Assembly (NCBI GenBank): GCA_012295275.1
Contig: CM022666.1
Coordinates: 8,308,001-8,372,000 of the forward strand
Direction: 5' to 3'
Origin: Chrysomallon squamiferum
Lineage: Eukaryota; Animalia; Mollusca
DNA length: 64,000 bases
Shown here: positions 57,059 to 64,000 of the stretch, one piece after another
Layout: each line of letters opens with the position of its first letter
Numbering within the stretch: the first letter of the stretch is position 1
Made by a program: the position numbers and the translations under genes
The notes under the pieces: generated by a model
Seen by the model: the letters and a program-made list of their open reading frames with translations, nothing else
Told to the model about the DNA's origin: nothing
Database searches by the model: none

Positions 57059-57977
57059 ACCTTTTTTTTTTTTTTTTTTTTTTGTTGACACGAAAACAAA
57101 CAACAATTATATAAATCTATTGACTTGCGGATTGATTGGTTGAACAGCTGATGGATCTACGGATGGATCGGCTGATTGACGAATCAATTTGAATGGCCAA
57201 TTAAATTAATAATTAAAAAATGATAAACGTACTATACGAACCCACTTTCAGACACTACTAACCCGGTTATGGTGTCATATTTCAATTTTTTTTTTTTTTT
57301 TTTTTTATTCTTATTCCTAGCTTCAGGATTTATAACATCTTTTAAATTAAAATAAAATGTAAATAAGTTAACTACATTTATGTTCTTCTTTGTTTTAGTT
57401 GCAGGTTTTTTTATAATACCTTTTAAAACACTAAAAAGACCATTGGCAAAAAAAAAAAAAAAAAAAAAAAACAGGTTTGGACTACGTGGACCAGAAGGAA
57501 GCAGCCAAAAAAAGAAACAGCAACAGCAGCCAAAAAGAAACAACGACAGCAGCCAAGAGCAGAACAACCAGGACGGCAAACAACACGGACCCGGTGATGG
57601 CTAAGAGATTGTGCCGGAGATCACGGGGGGCGAATTGCGGCTGCGAAACATCCGTACCGACTCGTTACGATCCGATATGCTGGACACTCCCTTGTGTTCT
57701 GCAATCGTGGCGAGAACCCATTCTTTTCCCTACCCAAAACTCTTTTCTGCGACGGACACGCCCGCTGACCTGTCAGAAAGCGTGCCCGTCGCAGACGTGC
57801 TTCACAACAGCTTGCTCTGATTAGCACGTTAATTTTTTTCCTATTCCTATTCCACACGCGCGCTTTACTATAACTTTTAAAATTACAGGTAGTAGTTATA
57901 GTAGAATATAGGAGGAGCATGTAGATTTCCCGAAAGGTACTTTTTTTTATTATTTATTTATTAATTAATTAATTAAT

Positions 57978-58008
<31 letters not shown>

Positions 58009-58105
58009 TTTTAAATTATTGTTAAAATTTTATATATTGGAAATATATAATACATTTTATCATCTATAGTAATAAATCGATCATTTTATACATAATTCAT
58101 TTATG

Positions 58106-58107
<2 letters not shown>

Positions 58108-58168
<61 letters not shown>

Positions 58169-58183
58169 AGGAAGAGAGAGAGG

Positions 58184-58258
<75 letters not shown>
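58108..58258. repeat. (GA)n microsatellite, interrupted
   Basis: GA run with short G-rich interruptions. Confidence 0.95.
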
Positions 58259-58260
<2 letters not shown>

Positions 58261-58528
58261 GGGGAAAGGACGAGAAAGAGAGGAAAAGAGTGAAAAAGAT
58301 GAATACAAATAAATACAACAGTTTTTTTTTGTTTTGTTTTTGTTGTTGTTGTTGTTTTTGTTTTTTTCAGAGTTGAACGACAAAAATATATACTAAAAAA
58401 CAACTTTAAAATAAATACTTTTTTTCTTTTTTCTTTAATGTGTGTCTGAGTGTGGTATTATTAGTAGTAGTAGTAGTGGGTATTAGTATTTATCATTATA
58501 TTATTATTTTATTTATTATTATTTAATA

Positions 58529-58597
<69 letters not shown>

Positions 58598-59875
58598 TTC
58601 AGAAATGATGATGGTGATAATGATAACAATAATCATGATAATATCAACAACAACGATGATGACGACAATAATGACAATAATGATAATGTTATTGTTCTTT
58701 TTGTTAATATTTTGTAATTATTCTTCTTATTGTTATTATTTTTCTAATAGTAATAATAAAAATAACTTGTGTTATATTTATATACATAGTTTCTGATGGA
58801 ATAGTAACGTCATGATAAAACAGTTATCTCTTGGAATAAATAAATAAATAAGTAAGTAATGAATTTATTCATCTTTTAAAATAAATAAATAGATAAGTTA
58901 TGAAATTAATCATCTGGATTCATTTAAAATAAATAAAACTAACTGGACTAAACAGTTTATCACAACTGAAGGGACATAACTCGTGAAATCATGTTTCTAA
59001 ATTAATCGCTAGTTTTAAATTGTTTGAATGTACCACAGGTATATAACTATGTATGTATGTGCAAAAGTAGGTATACAGTTATGAAAATAGAAAACATTTA
59101 TTATTCAAACAAAAAAAGCTAATATAAAATACATGCATTTTATTAATTTAAATAAAATATGGTTAATGACACTCAACATAAGAAAAATGAGTCCAACTAA
59201 TTTAATGTGTACTAAATTCACTGATGTGATACTACTGTAGACCTACTTTTTCAACCCCCTGTATATATAGATGTGTGTTTGTGTGTGTATATCTTTTATA
59301 TTTATATATATATAAATGTGTGTACATATATATATAAAATAAATAAATATACATATAAATGTGTGTGTGATTATTTGTACTCAGTGTATTTAATGTTTCA
59401 GAAAAAAAAAACGACAGATGCTTGGCGCTCTGTTATGTAGTAATATTAAATAAATAAATAAATAAGTAAAAAACTAGGAGAAAACCTTTTTTCGAACCAG
59501 TTGTTAGGTCTTTTATTTATGTTTTTTTAAAAGAAATTTTAGCCTTCTTGCTTTTTTGTACTCAGTGTGTTTAATGTTTCACAAGAAAACGACAGCCGCT
59601 TGGCGTTCTTTTATGTAGTAATAGTTCACATAACAGGCAAGTGAAAAGCCGAGGAATAATTGTACAGCAAAATGAACTGTGTGATATCAAATAAACACTC
59701 CGACATTTTCAAGTGTGAAAGTCACTTCTTGATCTCCCACGTTACGATGCATGGTTTCTCGACTGACATCAGAAAATATAGTGTTTCTCTGTTTTTCTAT
59801 AGTTCTTTCTAGTTTACCATTTCAATAGTTGGCTTTCCATTCATGCTCATTATCATTGTCTTTTATTTATTTATT

Positions 59876-59926
<51 letters not shown>

Positions 59927-61210
59927 AAACCCGGATGACTTGTCGCTAAAAGGTTTAGTCACGTGATATCTGAATCTAGGGCAGTAGGCTGCTTGCGGGA
60001 GTGACGTCACGATCCGATTTGAGGATAGCGTTCATAATCTCTAAAAAGGTACGTGTTTTATTTTTTATTTCTTGTAATCAAAAACCAATTTTTAAAAACA
60101 AATTTTTAAAAACAAAAAATATTTCAGGCATCGGTTATTGTATGAAAACGATCGATTAGGTAAATATATTTGAATTTTGCGTTAGAATTAATTATACTCT
60201 TTGTCAGATTTTCGTCGGCTATTCTAACAAAGAGCCTACACTGTTGTTAGTTGCGGTAGTTGCATTTGTAACGATTGTAGAAGAAACAATTGTTGCTGTA
60301 GCAGCAGTCCTGACGATTATGCAAATGAGATAGTCACGGTAACGAGAAAGATACATGTATACATAAATTCTATATTTATATACTGTGATAATAAAGTATG
60401 GCACAGTAGTTCACAACTATCAAACACACAATAATACAGCAGGTAATATTTATATATATATATTTTGTATTTACTATAATAATTGTATAGGGGTAATCGT
60501 ATTTTTTGTATTACCGTAATTTTAATTATATTTATGTGTCTAAATTCCTCTATTAATAAAGACTAAGGAAGTAAATAAGTAAGAACGAGAAAGAGACGAG
60601 AGGAAAAATCAAAAAGAAGGAAGAATAAAGAAAAGAATATTTCCTGGTTTTATTCCGAGAAACTTACAAACTGAAACTCGCCAGTAGTTCATGACTGAAT
60701 GAAACAAATTATCTTTATTTAATCTTTATTTATTTATTTACTTATTTGACGTTTATTTATTTATGTATTCATTAATTTTGTTTAATATTTAATTATTCAA
60801 CTTGTTTAAAATCAACGATCCGAGCTTTAAAAATTGTCTACTTAAATTCATTTGTATAGGTGAAGTGAGCTTTTGATTTTGTCTACTTAAACCATTAGTT
60901 CATATCATTCTTTTATTAGCAAATTAATCTTTGAAAACTTTAAAAACGAAACTGGAAATGTTCTTTAGTAGAAAAATGAAAGTAAATAATTAGTACATAT
61001 ATAGTACTAGTACAACAAAATAAATAAATCAATCTAATAATAGTAATTACAATAATAAATCAGAATTATTGAAATAAAAGATAATTTCTGTGTGTGTTTA
61101 TATGGGTGCGAGTGTGCGAGCGCGAATGTTACACATTCAGTTTTGTCCAAGTTTTAATTTTGTTTTCAGTGTATTTTATTTTGCTGCGACTGATGCCACC
61201 GTATGAGAAA

Positions 61211-64000
61211 ATGTCGTCAGCTTATTCTGGCCTGACCTTTGACAGGGAAACCAAACATCACTACGACCTCGTCAAACTGATTTCGCAGAAGAAACGAAGT
61301 TCCTCTTTCGGTTTAAAGCGTCGCTTCTTTCCAGTTTACCTGTGTATAATCATCAGTTTCCTTGCCCTCTCGCTTTCGCTTTTTGGTTTTATCAAGGACT
61401 ATTGCTTTAAAAATGCACGCACACCTGCACGGATGCAACAGATGATTAATGAGGTGAGTTGGGATTTGCTAACTGGGTATAGATCATTGTAGGTACATAA
61501 CTGTATTCGCTGCTAGTTCTAGTATTGGTATCATTACAACTGATCCTACTACTGCTACTACTTAAAAGGAGCTACCGTGCCACAGCAAACACTACTGTAG
61601 TACTACTACTGCTGATACAACAATGCTCATTACTGCTGCAACAACTGTTAATTACATGTGAAAATGTACGATGTTGGGTATCAGACTTCAAACAAACCAA
61701 CAAAAAGAAAGAAAAAAAATAATGACAACAAATAATGAAAGAAAGAGAAAAACAAAAAAGGAAAGTCCTATTCAGAAAGATATACATCTAAAAAGTAAAG
61801 AAAGAGAAACACAGGCACCTGGGTTATATTGCACTGACCAAGGAATAACACTTCAGAAAAAAAAGAAAAAATTGTTATGGATTTTACACATTTAGAAGAA
61901 AAAACATTGACAATTTAATTTAAATAAATTTTGGGATTTGTCTTACTGGTCAGTAAAGAGTAAAAAAACTAAATACAAAATCCCCTCCAGATTCCCTCAG
62001 ATCTCCAAAATGGCTCATGAAGTTATGTGTACCAGTGAATGAAATCAAATGCATATTTGTTATTGATATTAGAAATTCTTGACTGATAAAATTATTGTGA
62101 ATTTCGTTTCCAACGAATATATCAAGATGCTATGACGAACTTTGATCTGTATGAATTTGATCAAATATGACACTTAAATGCTCTTTGATAGTCGACTCAT
62201 GAATAATTAATTATGACTTTCTTTCCCAAAACATGTGAATATCTATCAGATTTAATGCTCAATTTTATTTTTCCAGGTTTTCATCACTGATTAAATAAAT
62301 ATTTATTGATTTATATTATTTATTTTTATTTGCTGTTGATGAAATTTTGTTGTTCTTTGTTCATTTTTCCTCACATAAGAAACCCTCCCCAAAAAAAAGA
62401 GAAAGAACAAAACTTGTATCAGCTTGTTTTGCTGTGTGTATGCGTGTATGAACACATTAATACTGTTGATTCAAGGATAAAGCATGTGTTTAATATTTTG
62501 TTTATTGCTGTTATTTTATGTGTTATATTTTTTGACATAAAAAATATTTTATCAGTTTCATTTTCTATTATCTCAAATGTTGTCTTTTTCTTCTTCTTTC
62601 TTTCTCTTTTTCTTGATATATATATAAAAAAATATTTTATGAGTTTTTTATTTTATATTATCTGAAATGTTGTCTTTTTCTTTTTTCTATATAATTTTTT
62701 TTAATTGATTTTCTTTTTCGCTTTAGGCTTTTAACAAAAGAATCACACAACTGGATGATAAAGGTATCTATCTTTGTTGCTGATTTCTACACTTGTAATA
62801 GAGTAGGGTTCTGGTAATTTCGTTGTTAATGTTTAATTTTAAATCTATTTGTCCTTTTAAATACTAAACACTAAATAGCTATGCCTGAAGTTTATGTAAA
62901 GAAATATTGGAAAAAAAGAACAAAAAGAAAACAAATTAAACAAACAAAAAAAATAAATTGAGAAGAAGATGAAAAAGTAGCAGTAGAAAAAAAGAAGAAA
63001 GAAAACATTATAAAATTATCTATTTAGTTATATGTTTGTTTGTTTGTTTGTTTGTTTGTTTGTTTGTTTGTTTGTTTACTGGTTTGTTTGTTCATTCATT
63101 GATTGATTCACTCAACAACAGAAGTACTGAAAGACATAAAATCTATTTGTCCTTTTAAATACTAAACACTAAATAGCTATGCCTGAAGTTTATGTAAAGA
63201 AATATTGGAAAAAAAAAGAACAAAAAGAAAACAAATTAAACAAACAAAAAAAAATAAATTGAGAAGAAGAAAAAAAAAAAAGTAGCAGTAAAAAAAGAAG
63301 AAAGAAAACATTATAAAATTATCTATTTAGTTATATGTTTGTTTGTTTGTTTGTTTGTTTACTGGTTTGTTTGTTCATTCATTGATTGATTCACTCAACA
63401 ACAGAAGTACTGAAAGACATAAATCTATTTGTCCTTTTAAATACTAAACACTAAATAGCTATGCCTGAAGTTTATGTAAAGAAATATTGGAAAAAAAGAA
63501 CAAAAAGAAAACAAATTAAACAAACAAAAAAAATAAATTGAGAAGAAGATGAAAAAGTAGCAGTAGAAAAAAAGAAGAAAGAAAACATTATAAAATTATC
63601 TATTTAGTTATATGTTTGTTTGTTTGTTTGTTTGTTTGTTTGTTTACTGGTTTGTTTGTTCATTCATTGATTGATTCACTCAACAACAGAAGTACTGAAA
63701 GACATAAATCTATTTGTCCTTTTAAATACTAAACACTAAATAGCTATGCCTGAAGTTTATGTAAAGAAATACTGCAAAAACAGAACAAAAAGAAAATAAA
63801 GTAAACAAAAAAAAAAAAAAAAAAATTAAGTAGAAGAAGAAGAAGTAGCAGTAAAAAAAGAAACAATAACATTATAAAATTATCTATTTAGTTACATTTT
63901 GTTTACTGGTTTGTTTGTTCATTCATTAATTGATTTTTTTCAACAAGAGAAGTACCGAAAAACATTTCCCAATGACTTAACAAAGTTGGATACAGATAAT
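61211..64000 (+). CDS. TNF superfamily ligand, copy 6, 3'-partial (exons 61211..61453, 62727..62763; remainder outside window), with a 40-aa in-frame deletion; functional status unknown
   Basis: Exon 1 reads ...DYCFKNA|RTPARMQ..., 120 nt shorter than copies 1-4. The micro-exon AFNKRITQLDDK has intact AG/GT. Confidence 0.65.
62842..63960 (+). repeat. Four tandem copies of a ~280-300 bp intron-2 segment in copy 6
   Basis: atctatttgtccttttaaatactaaacactaaatagctatgcc recurs at ~62842, 63141, 63422 and 63708, but is single-copy in the other units. Confidence 0.9.

Larger units (their letters stand above)
52060..57060 (+). mobile_element. Degenerate non-LTR retrotransposon (LINE, I-group-like: gag-type ORF1 plus APE-RT-RNase H-CCHC ORF2), probably 5'-truncated
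   Basis: An A/C-rich sense strand starts abruptly after tcccaggac (52059). All domains occur in canonical order. The 3' boundary is uncertain and no target-site duplication was seen. Confidence 0.92.

Overview
AT-rich, microsatellite-laden animal genomic DNA (invertebrate-like, mollusc plausible but not provable from this window). The whole window is a tandem array of a ~10.4-14.6 kb unit carrying a spliced type II transmembrane TNF-superfamily ligand gene on the + strand. There are six copies plus a collapsed relic of a seventh. Only copy 1 (2089-6738) has all four coding exons (316 aa). Copies 2 and 3 have open reading frames but lack the symmetric 135-nt exon 3, which appears to encode the stalk and the first TNF-domain strand. 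Copy 4 is frameshifted. Copy 5 is truncated at a degenerate RNase H-bearing LINE (52060-57060). Copy 6 has an in-frame 40-aa deletion of a Cys-rich stalk module and runs off the window. The copies are recombination mosaics. Intron 1 of the three open copies holds a minisatellite of 6-7 IRF/ISRE-like motifs, and a kB-like site lies upstream. Both are damaged or deleted in copies 4-6. A decayed MULE transposase sits in the last intron of copies 1-4. Exon models rest on splice signals, phase compatibility and cross-copy conservation only, with no transcript data.
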